A DNA stretch of 64,000 nucleotides from Curvularia clavata (lineage: Eukaryota). The notes under the pieces were generated by a model. The model saw only the letters and a program-made list of their open reading frames with translations, was not told the origin of the DNA and did no database searches. Location: contig CP089280.1 in the NCBI GenBank assembly GCA_023920165.1, forward strand, positions 124,001-188,000. The letters run 5' to 3'. Position numbers and translations under genes: made by a program. Shown here piece after piece: positions 52,613 to 62,297 of the stretch; position 1 is the first letter of the stretch, and each line of letters begins with the position of its first letter.

Positions 52613-53525
52613 ATGCGCTGAGAGCTTGGTGTGCTTTATGGGACGTCTGGTCGATTGTTTCAAGCGTATGGGCTGGCGTGAATGGCAAAGGGTGTCTTGG
52701 GCTATGTAGCTTCCGAACAGCATCGAGGCTGACAGGACTTTCAAAAATTAAATACCATGGATTCATGAAGTTTACGAACGACAGCAGTAGACGCAAACGC
52801 ATGCATTGTGAAGCCGGACTGAAAAGGGCAGGGCGTGCATATGGAGCTAGCCCCCAAGTGCGGAGGATTCTGACGAAATTTGCCAGTTTCTTGGTTGGTT
52901 GGGCGGGCGTAGGCAAGGGAACATGCATGGCCTGTCACTTGGATCGCTGACGGGACGGGCAGCTAGCGGCGACAACGACGTCAGACTCGTGGCCGTCGCT
53001 GAAATGAAGTGATTTCTCGTGTGCGATGCAGCAGTTTTGTGCCTTTGTTTGGTGTTTGCATGTATGTAGTAATGTATTAGGCGTTGGTTTGGTTCTGGAG
53101 ACTGCGTCCAGGGTATGCCTGTAGGCAGCAAGCGTTGCCGTAGGCCCCTCGCAGCCAAAACACCTCTCAGCCCAACCCACAACACATGCAGCGCCTCGAC
53201 GCCAACGCACCCACGCCAATAGACGCATAAGATTCTCTCGCCCGCTCTGCACCCCTGACGACATGCCACTGAGGAGGTGACCGGTGCTTCATTCCTGTTC
53301 ACTGCTGCCACCGACACTCTCCTCCTGCCGATACACAATGATCCGCCGTTCACGCGCCCGGCCAACCAACATCATCTGAGCAGCACTGCCCGCCCAGCGA
53401 CACGAGGCTGTGACGCGCCAACTCTCTGTAGGCTACACTGTGATCACGACAGCCCATAGCAGCCGGCCGCGCCCTCTCCATCCTTTTCTCTTCCGTTTCA
53501 CAAGACGCCCGTCGTTGCCGCAACC

Positions 53526-55940
53526 ATGGTAAAGGCCGATCCCACGCGAAACTATTATGCCGACCTCAAAGTGTCTGCCACCGCCACCGAGAACGAGATT
53601 CGCAAGGCCTTCCGAACACTCGCACTGCAGTACCATCCCGACCGCAATCCGGGCCGCGAGGCTGAATTCGTTGTCCGGTTCCAGGAAATCCAGGCGGCAC
53701 ACGAGATACTATGCGACCCGACCCAACGAGCAAAGTATGACGCAGAGAGGAGGAAATACCGCCAGGCGGCCGCCTCTGTGAATACCCCCAATACGCCCAG
53801 GACGAGGCCACCAGCGCCCCAGCGAAGCACTTACACAACCACCACTCCCAAAGGGTCATACTATCGCGCCCCTCCTCCGAACCCGCAACCACCGCCACAA
53901 CCCCAGCGTCCTCCCCCACCGCAACAGCGCAACTCGTACAGCAATGGCGCCGACAGGTTTACACACAGAAACTTTCGCCAGCCCCCAACAGCACAAAGAC
54001 CCGATGCAAAAACCAGGGATGCAGAGGACCGGGCAAATGTTTTCACTGCATGGCAGCATATGAAGCCGCGGGGCGACGACGCTCGACAGAACACCGCAAA
54101 TGCCCACAGCAGCGCACGTACCAATCCCCAGAACAACCCCAACGGCACTCCCTTTGGACGAAGCCAGAGCACGAGGGCTCCTTCATCCAGACAAGGATTT
54201 GACCCCTCGATACCTGGCGTGGATGAGGGCCAGGCGCGCTCGTCGTATAGGAACTACGCTCGCGCAGCCCCCACGCCGCCGCAATCTACCACACCTCCCA
54301 AAGAAAGCCAGGCCGATAACGTCCCATTCTCGGAAGCTAACCGCGTCCGTACGCCATACTACTCGCACACTGGGGGCGAGCGAACGTCCGTGTTTGATGG
54401 CATTGGCAGATCGGCGAGCGTGCGTAATTCACCAACGTATACCCACAGAGCGAGTTCGTCACAAGATGCAGGCGCGTACTCAGACTCAGGTCGCAAGACA
54501 CAGGGGACAAAACCAAGCGCAACTGCTAGCAAGCCCTTTGCGCATGGCTATCCAGACTCGAGCGACGAAGAGTCCGAACCAGAAGTTGTCACAAAAGGCA
54601 ACAAGCACCGCGGTGCTCCACCCCCACAACAAACTCCGAAGCCCCCTCCTCCGACTTGGGCTCAGAGTGGCTTCTCTACGCCTGATTCGAACCGACAGAG
54701 TAGTGGGCCCACCAGTCACGTGCCAAATAGCTTCAAAAGTAGGAGTGACGAGAGTATCAACATGAAATTCTCGCCTTCGGACTGGCATGGCAAGTTCGAA
54801 AGCAGTGGGAGTTACTTTGCCCCTAACATCTCAAAAGGTGCGAGCAGACCAGGCCGGACCTCTCCGACGCGTGGTAGAGCCTCGCAACGCAACGGTACAG
54901 ACCGCAATCCATTTGCTGCTCAACCCAACCCCTTCGCACAGGCCCAGGCCCAGGCCCACCCCCATCCGATACCTCCACCGCCTCCTGGGCCACCTCCTGG
55001 TATCAATTTTGCTCCTCCTCCGGTAGCTCCGCATGCTGCCAAGTTCAGTCCCCAGGACTGGCAAGAGACATTCAAAGATCCAAATTGGGTCTACAATGAT
55101 GCCAAGGAAACCTCGCCGCGTCGGCCATCGGAGGCTGCAAAGCGCCCAAAGCCTCCACGAAAGGCGTCTGTACAACAGAATGGTGCTTCAAAAACTCAAG
55201 ACTCGTCCGATGCGTCGCGGCCAAAGTACCAAGCTTTTGCTGAAGAACCGACAAACGGTGACGCGGATGCCATGGATATCGATTCTGGGCCACCGTCCTC
55301 TGAGGACAAGAAAGGCGCAAGTACCGGGCCTACAGCGCCGAAACTAAACACAGCCGTGGCTGGCTCGGCATTGAATGGCTCTGCCACCGCACCATCCTCC
55401 GCCACGACTGCAAAACCACCTGCTCGAGGACTAAACGGGCTCGGGCCAGATTTCATCAAGCCGCTTGTTGAACCCCAGAAGAATGGTCTGGGTGGCATGG
55501 CCTCTGTTGGAGACGCACTGCCCTTTTCCTCTGAAGCTTCCAGCACACATCCCATCAAGGCAAACGCGGCAAAGAGTCTCAAGTATCCAGAAATACCTCA
55601 GGCGCCTCCAGTCCCAGCCAAGTTGGACATGGCCTCGATAGACAGTTACTTTGAGCGAATGGGCTCATATGTCAAGTCGTATAGAAACTACTGCAAAGTT
55701 CTCACTAGTCACTTTGCTGCACGGAGCGCCGAGTTGGAGGATCTCGATGATCACTTCATCCGCAACCGTGGAGAGACGACCAAGAAACTTGGCTTTGTGA
55801 GCTACCTGGCTAAGATGGAGGAAGATGAAAGTGTCATGGAGACGTGGAAGGTGGCACAAGAACGGCACATTGTAGCGCTGCAGCAGTGCGCAGATGTGCG
55901 CACAAAGGCTTTGAAGTTGTACCAGACCCTTCAAGCCTAA
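53526..55940 (+). CDS. DnaJ-domain protein with long Pro-rich region
   Basis: N-terminal J-domain NYYADLKV...EIRKAFRTLALQYHPDRNP...FQEIQAAHEIL. Confidence 0.88.
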   Translation: MVKADPTRNYYADLKVSATATENEIRKAFRTLALQYHPDRNPGREAEFVVRFQEIQAAHEILCDPTQRAKYDAERRKYRQAAASVNTPNTPRTRPPAPQRSTYTTTTPKGSYYRAPPPNPQPPPQPQRPPPPQQRNSYSNGADRFTHRNFRQPPTAQRPDAKTRDAEDRANVFTAWQHMKPRGDDARQNTANAHSSARTNPQNNPNGTPFGRSQSTRAPSSRQGFDPSIPGVDEGQARSSYRNYARAAPTPPQSTTPPKESQADNVPFSEANRVRTPYYSHTGGERTSVFDGIGRSASVRNSPTYTHRASSSQDAGAYSDSGRKTQGTKPSATASKPFAHGYPDSSDEESEPEVVTKGNKHRGAPPPQQTPKPPPPTWAQSGFSTPDSNRQSSGPTSHVPNSFKSRSDESINMKFSPSDWHGKFESSGSYFAPNISKGASRPGRTSPTRGRASQRNGTDRNPFAAQPNPFAQAQAQAHPHPIPPPPPGPPPGINFAPPPVAPHAAKFSPQDWQETFKDPNWVYNDAKETSPRRPSEAAKRPKPPRKASVQQNGASKTQDSSDASRPKYQAFAEEPTNGDADAMDIDSGPPSSEDKKGASTGPTAPKLNTAVAGSALNGSATAPSSATTAKPPARGLNGLGPDFIKPLVEPQKNGLGGMASVGDALPFSSEASSTHPIKANAAKSLKYPEIPQAPPVPAKLDMASIDSYFERMGSYVKSYRNYCKVLTSHFAARSAELEDLDDHFIRNRGETTKKLGFVSYLAKMEEDESVMETWKVAQERHIVALQQCADVRTKALKLYQTLQA

Positions 55941-57483
55941 GCCCAGCGCCCTCGCTTGCTTTGAGACTGCAGGTCTGCTAACGCATTTCTAGACATAGAA
56001 GAAACAGGCGCCAATACAGCGCCCAGAACACGATGGAGGATTTGGAGAAGCTAACGGTTGACGAGTCTCATTGTATTAGGCAAACAGCTAAGCAGTGTTG
56101 GATGCCGGGTTCAAAATTTGGCGTGAGGATATTGACTGCCTTGCCTACTATCGCGTGCAGTCCTCCAAAATCAGCCAGAGACATTGAGAATTGGAGTGGT
56201 AGAAGTCCGCCGCCGATCTTGCCGCTGTTGACGAGAAAGAAGAAGCATCATGTTCTTGGATAGCGATGGCGTTGTTTTGTCTTCAGGACTCAGCATTCTA
56301 AATACCCCACCCTAGAATCACGCTGCAACGAATGGTTTGAGTAGTTAATGATTGAAAAGTAATACAACGAGCGGCAATTTTTAGTTAACAGAGAGATACC
56401 GAATAGAACGCATTACCAACCATCACCCCTTGCAGCAGCATGTGACTGCCTGCTGTAGATTCGAGGGCCGTTTTTCACAAGTGTAACATGGCGCCAGCGT
56501 GTGTGATGCTTAGTGATGTCTCATTTCTGGAAATAGGTCGTGGCGCCAAGTCAAACAACGACATTTTACCTCAAACTTACTGTATGGCAACAACGACAAT
56601 AACAACACCACACGCCTTGCCCATGGCTACACTGCAATGTTCTTTGTGAAACCTAAGGCAACCACAGTGCTGTTGCCACTAGCAGATATACCGCTTCTGG
56701 GATGTGTATTAGAGGTTGCAGGTTCCACTATTGTCCTCTCCCCCCTTTTTTTTTGTGGACAGATAACAAAGCCCGTGTTTCAGACGGAGAGAGGATGATG
56801 GGGATCGCTGAGACTACTACTAACGGCGGCGTCGTCCACACTGGCTGGAGTCTTTCTCCATAGAAACACCGTCGATCGACATAGTGACCAGATCGGGTTG
56901 GTGGGGGGAAAGCATAGTAGGGGCGTGCGGAAAAGGCTTCCTACTACCTACCTATTACCTAGACTTCAGGGTCTTTTTTCCAAAGTCAAAAATCACACTA
57001 GCTATGTCGTTCTCACTTAAGAAAGAAAAAAAAGCCACGCCCCGTTCTTGTAACACATGGTTATTGCTTGTCCTCTTCTTTGTACCAAATGGGTCCCTGC
57101 TTTGCGAAACAATGGTGATTGACAAACATGGGGGGTTCAGTGTGCTCGGTGGGGTCGTCCGCGCGTCGTCGTCATCGGCCCGTGACGTAAGATAAGCTAC
57201 TGGGCAGAAATTGATCGCCCTGGCGTAATGTACGGTATTACGCGTAAGGTAGCTGGGAGTTGCTTGTTCGAGGTGATGTACAGTGGGATAAACTGGGGGC
57301 GGACGGGGGGATAGCCATGTCACTGGGAGTTGAGCGCATATTAGGTATCTAATGTCGGCCGTGCTGGTGATGTCCGCAACACTACCGCTCGCTCTTTTTT
57401 TTGCTCTTGTGTTGGAATGATTGACTGGATTCTTGCTTAAAAGAAGGGATTCAGAACCTGGAGACGTCGCGCTGTAGACCAGT

Positions 57484-59410
57484 ATGACGGGCGACTTTCT
57501 CAAGACGAATGTTGCATTGCCAACGCGATCACCGAGGCACTTTGGTGATGCGGTAATGCAATGGGCTTGTACGAGAAGAGGCAGGATGATTGGGCTGGCC
57601 GTCTTATTCTGTACAATATGGCTGGGACTGATAACTTTGAGGAACCATACGGTATGTCGACCTTGTCCAAAAGAGCATGGAAAACATGCTGACAGCACAC
57701 TAGGCCTTGTCGTCCAGATACTATCATTTGTCTTCCTACTACCCATGGAGCCTAAATCGTCCCAGTCTACCTGAAATCATAGACTCTTCGTTCAAAACAC
57801 CCTCGGACTTGACGCTGCAGCTCGAAAACGGTCATGTCAAACACGTACCTCCAAGACTCAAGAAAACGACACCAAACTTCCATCTCATTATGCCGTCTGA
57901 GCGCGATTCAAATGGCTTCTGCAAAGCAACGCTGTCGGCCATGGTGCTGAATTATCCCCCACCGACTGTGGTTCAGTTGCATTCGGGACATGGCTCGAGT
58001 GAGAAGCGACAAGAGGCGATACTGAGCGATACGCTGCATTACCTGAGCAATCAAAAGTTGGTTAAAGATCAAGACTTGGTGCTTATTGTGGATGCGCAGG
58101 AGACGCGGTTCCAGCTCCCAGGCGATGTGATTATCGCACAGTACAAGCAGCTGCTTGTAGATGGCAATACGCGGCTGTTGAAGAGATACGGGACTGATGA
58201 GAATGGGGCTCAAAAGTTCAATCAGACGATTATTTTCGGTGCGGAGAAGTTGTGCGAGGGCGACGATATGGCGTGCAAGTACGTGCCGTTGTCAATCTTC
58301 CCTGACGACATGTACGGCGCGGAGGCGGGTCGACGCATATCAGAGACGCCGGCGAAGTTTCTCAACGCGAGGACGGTCATGGGCCCCGCGGGCGACTTGA
58401 GAACTTTGTACGAGGCAGCACTGAAAAAGTTCCAGGAACGAAAAAGCCAGTCGCAGACGATCCAGTCCGTGATGGCTACCCTGTTCGCAGAGCAACAGCT
58501 CAACCGCGACGCTTTCGAAGTCAAAACCAAATCCTCCAGCGCAAAGCTCAAAGACCTCTTCCGGGGCCGACTGAGCGATTCATTAGCCAAAAACCGTCTA
58601 TACCGTGCCAAAGCCTCGCTCTCCAATTTCACGACGCTAGACTTCTCCATCGGCCTCGACTATACCCACACCCTATTCCAGCCCCTCTCCTACACCACTC
58701 CCGACGAAATCATCCCCCTCATGCACACAGAATCCATAAACCTCACCCAATACACCCACCACAGCCCAGACACAATTTATCTTTCTCTCCCCGCCGCCCT
58801 TTCAACCGCCAAACCCCCCTTCTCCCGCCCAGACTTCACAGCCCCCAATCCCTCCCCCAATCAAAAACCCTCGCACATGGAGAACCTAGAATACAAACTC
58901 CATCTCGACGCCCTCCCCGACCGTACCGTCCAATGGCCCTCTATCCCACTGATCCAAAACACCTACACAGGCGCTATTCCCGCTGTCCTTTCTTTCCCTC
59001 CCACCGCTCCCGACAACACCTCGCCTAGCGCAAATATCTCAGAGGCAGATCTCTGGTACTCGCCGTATAAGCGCGCACTGTTGCGTAATGTGTTTAGGAA
59101 TAGGCAGTCGCCGAAGGGATACCATGATGCGGCTGTTGGGGGAGATAGAGAGTGGGATAGGCGTGGAGGGCTGGGTGGTGTGTGGATGGCGGGTGAGGGG
59201 ACGTGGGTGCCCTGGGGACAACAGGAGGAAGATGGAAGTGGTGGGGTTTGTGGGGGCGAAAGAGATATGGAGGTGTTTGGGGATGGGAAGGGGGTTTGGA
59301 TGAAGGAGGGAGAGGGCGATGGAGGCAAGAAGAGGGGAGAGGGTGAAGAGATAGTGCAGAGGAGGAAGAAGAGGTGGGAATTGGAGAGGGAGTGTGTGAG
59401 GTATTGTTGA
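57484..59410 (+). CDS. Type II membrane protein with a glycosyltransferase-like luminal domain (function uncertain)
   Basis: Exon 1 TM helix, intron 57652-57703 joins in frame to ORF 57707; DLVLIVDA, IIFGAEKLC, FLNARTVMGPAGDLRTLY, IGLDY. Confidence 0.65.
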
Positions 59411-59611
59411 TTTTTTGAATGCTTATCTATATACCCCAGGAATTTTGAGATTGTTGTTGCATGAGATGTTTACATAGGATTTGGACATGGAGTTTTGGGG
59501 TCGGAGTTTGAGCATTTGGATGGATTTTGAATATTCTAGCTAGGTATAGTTAGCTAGTCATGGACTACTTTGTTTCACTGCAGCAAACAAAAAGTGTAAA
59601 AAAAAAAAGGC

Positions 59612-59770
59612 AAAAAATCAGTCAATCCCCTCTCCTCGTCGGTGTTGCTCCAGCAACCGTCCGGATTCGAACGGCCGCTCTCCTAGCTTAGGAGCCCATT
59701 ATTTTGTATGGGACACTGTGTGGGTTACTAACGTCGGTTCCTGCGTGACGGGACGCCAGCAACCATAACA
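59612..59770 (-). ncRNA. Candidate structured Pol III-type RNA or SINE-like element
   Basis: Minus strand has B-box-like GTTCGAATCC (59672-59663), several hairpins and a T6 run at 59617-59612; no canonical tRNA cloverleaf. Confidence 0.3.
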
Positions 59771-59877
59771 AACCCAACAACAGGTTAAGAGAATAGATAT
59801 TCTCAGAATAGTAGCTCTAGGCTATAACGCCTATTCTGTTCTAATATCTTCTAGAAATAGATTTTACTTACTGTATA

Positions 59878-61739
59878 ACGTACCTCACGGGTTCGCGGTC
59901 CACACGGGTTCGCGGTCCACTTTTGCCAAGACCCCACCAAAATACCTACTACCCACAAATGTTACAACAACAACAGCAGTTACAGCCTTCTAGTGAATGT
60001 CAAATACAGCTTGCTCTTCAAGCTCTCAAACAGGACGCGAATCTCTCAGAACGACGCGCTGCAGCTCTTTATAACGTCTCTCGAACAACACTACGTCAAA
60101 GACGCGACGGACGGGATTCACAAGCAGATCGCAGGCCTAAAACAATGAATCTAACTAAGCTTGAGGAGGAGGTGGTTGTTGAGCATATTCTTGATCTTGG
60201 TTCACGTGGATTTCCCCCTAGGCTCGCAGATGTGGCTAATATGGCCAATTCCTTGCGCGCTGAGCGCAATTTGGGCCAGGTTGGCCAAAACTGGCCCAGC
60301 ACATTCGTTAAGCGCCGCCCTGAGCTTAAAGTAAAGTTTAATCGCAAGTATGACTACAAGAGAGCACTCTGTGAGGATCCTAAGGCTATTCAAGACTGGT
60401 TTGGCCTAGTAGCCAATATGAAAGCCAAGTATGGTATCCAAGATGACGACACGTACAACTTTGACGAGACAGGCTTTATGATGGGCCAGATTACCCCTGG
60501 AGCAGTTGTTACAGCTTCAGAGAGACGTGGACGGCCAAAGACTATCCAGCCTGGCAATAGAGAGTGGGCGACGGTTATCCAGGGCATCAATGCGACCGGG
60601 TGGACGATTCCGCCCTTCATCATACTTAAGGCGCGCCACCACCTCTCAAGCTGGTACAAAGATGGAGATATACCCCAGAACTGGGTTATTGGAGTCTCTG
60701 AGAACGGCTGGACGACCAATGAGCTTGGTCTTGCGTGGCTAAAGCACTTTGATGAGCATACAAAGAAGAAGGTGGTAGGTACCCACCGTCTACTCTTTAT
60801 TGACGGCCATGAGAGCCACAACTCGCTGGATTTCCAAAAATACTGCAAAGATAACAAAATTGTTACTCTTTGCATGCCTCCACACTCGTCTCACCTCTTA
60901 CAGCCGCTTGATGTGGGCTGTTTTGCCCCTTTAAAGCAGGCCTATGGGCGCCAAGTCGAATCGCTCATGCGCACCCAGATCAACCACATCACCAAACAAG
61001 AGTTCCTACCTTGCTTTAGGCGGGCTTTTGACGCATCATTTATAGCTAGCAATGTCCAAGGAGGGTTTCGAGGCGCTGGATTGGTCCCATTTGACCCAGA
61101 ACGGGTCATATCCGCCCTTAATGTCCAGTTGCGCACTCCATCACCCCTACCTGTCGATACCCAGCCCTGGCTGTCGCAAACCCCGAGGAATACCCTTGAA
61201 ATAGGGTCGCAATCGACGCTAGTGAAGCAGAGGATTCAGAGGCACCTAGACAGCTCACCAACGTCTATGGTGGAGGCTTTTGAGAAGGTCTCAAAGGGGG
61301 CAGCTATTATCGCGCATAAGCTAGTGTTGGCACAAAAACGGATTAGTGAGCTTGAAGCAGCTAACGCAGCCGCCACGCGACGAAAATCGCACAAAAGAAA
61401 GCGGGTTCAGGCAGAGGGGACCTTAACAGTTGAAGATGGGGCGCGCTTGACTGCTCTCCAGGACTTTGGGGTGCGTAGTGATGGGAAGAAGTCAAAGAAG
61501 CAGAAGCGCGCTGAAGTGGGTGAACCGTCTCAACGGCGGTGTGGACGGTGCAATAGGACTGGGCATAACGCGCGAACGTGTAAGAATGAAGCAGAAGTAG
61601 GCTCTGAATAGTATTTTATGTTTTTTTGCATTAAACTGGCCAAGGTTGGGCTGTATTAGGCCATAATGTGGTGGTTTTGGTGGGGTCTTGGCAAAAGTGG
61701 ACCGCGAACCCGTGTGGACCGCGAACCCGTGAGGTACGT
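59878..61739 (+). mobile_element. Fot1/pogo-like Tc1-mariner DNA transposon, 1862 bp, apparently complete
   Basis: Perfect 65-bp TIRs (59878-59942 and 61675-61739, ACGTACCTCACGGGTTCGCGGTCCAC...), TA on both sides (59876-77, 61740-41), one intact transposase ORF. Confidence 0.96.
59959..61611 (+). CDS. Fot1/pogo transposase (HTH, CENP-B-type HTH, DDE_1 domain, C-terminal CCHC knuckle)
   Basis: YNFDETGF, LLFIDGHESH, HLLQPLDVGCF and CGRCNRTGHNARTC; first ATG at 59959. Confidence 0.95.
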   Translation: MLQQQQQLQPSSECQIQLALQALKQDANLSERRAAALYNVSRTTLRQRRDGRDSQADRRPKTMNLTKLEEEVVVEHILDLGSRGFPPRLADVANMANSLRAERNLGQVGQNWPSTFVKRRPELKVKFNRKYDYKRALCEDPKAIQDWFGLVANMKAKYGIQDDDTYNFDETGFMMGQITPGAVVTASERRGRPKTIQPGNREWATVIQGINATGWTIPPFIILKARHHLSSWYKDGDIPQNWVIGVSENGWTTNELGLAWLKHFDEHTKKKVVGTHRLLFIDGHESHNSLDFQKYCKDNKIVTLCMPPHSSHLLQPLDVGCFAPLKQAYGRQVESLMRTQINHITKQEFLPCFRRAFDASFIASNVQGGFRGAGLVPFDPERVISALNVQLRTPSPLPVDTQPWLSQTPRNTLEIGSQSTLVKQRIQRHLDSSPTSMVEAFEKVSKGAAIIAHKLVLAQKRISELEAANAAATRRKSHKRKRVQAEGTLTVEDGARLTALQDFGVRSDGKKSKKQKRAEVGEPSQRRCGRCNRTGHNARTCKNEAEVGSE

Positions 61740-61800
61740 TAATACATATAATAATTTAGTATAAGTATTACGCGACTATCTTACTTTAGCTAGTAGTAAG

Positions 61801-61955
61801 TGTTATGGGCTGAACCCGTACAGGAAACTGTAAGGAACCAAAAGTTATTGTAGTGCTTGGCTTCTACCCTTCTTCAGGTTGGGTACTTATAGTATTCTAC
61901 ACGTGATCTTTCCTTGCCTAAGCTCTATAGGGTAGGCGTAGCCTAACCCATCACA
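61801..61955. mobile_element. Solo LTR (155 bp)
   Basis: TGTTATGGG...CCCATCACA termini (TG..CA, imperfect inverted repeat) flanked by 5-bp direct repeat GTAAG at 61796-61800 and 61956-61960. Confidence 0.8.
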
Positions 61956-62297
61956 GTAAGTACGTTAAAAGTTTATATAACTACCTTATTAAAAGTCTAT
62001 TAATTTAGAGCTTGTTATATTATCTATGCGGCTGTGTGGCCGTGCGGCGCTTTTGCCGAGCAACTCAGGACACTCGAAAACCAGCTTAGGAGGCAAATTT
62101 CGTCTCGCTCGGTCCCGCTACTGCATGCTGTCACTCTATCGTGCGCTCAAAGAACGAACGACACCTGTCGCACCGCAAGATGATTGAATAATTAGCCCGA
62201 AAACCGTGCAACCCTATTTGCCTATAAAATGCTACCAAAGCTGTGCTTAAAGACTGCTATTATAATCACATGGCCTTGTAATTACTCTACCTAGTAT

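Noticed and set aside
59643..59782. Second solo LTR (TGTTG...CAACA) or canonical tRNA
   Set aside because: No matching TSD for any candidate end; the T-arm stem and cloverleaf do not fit a tRNA
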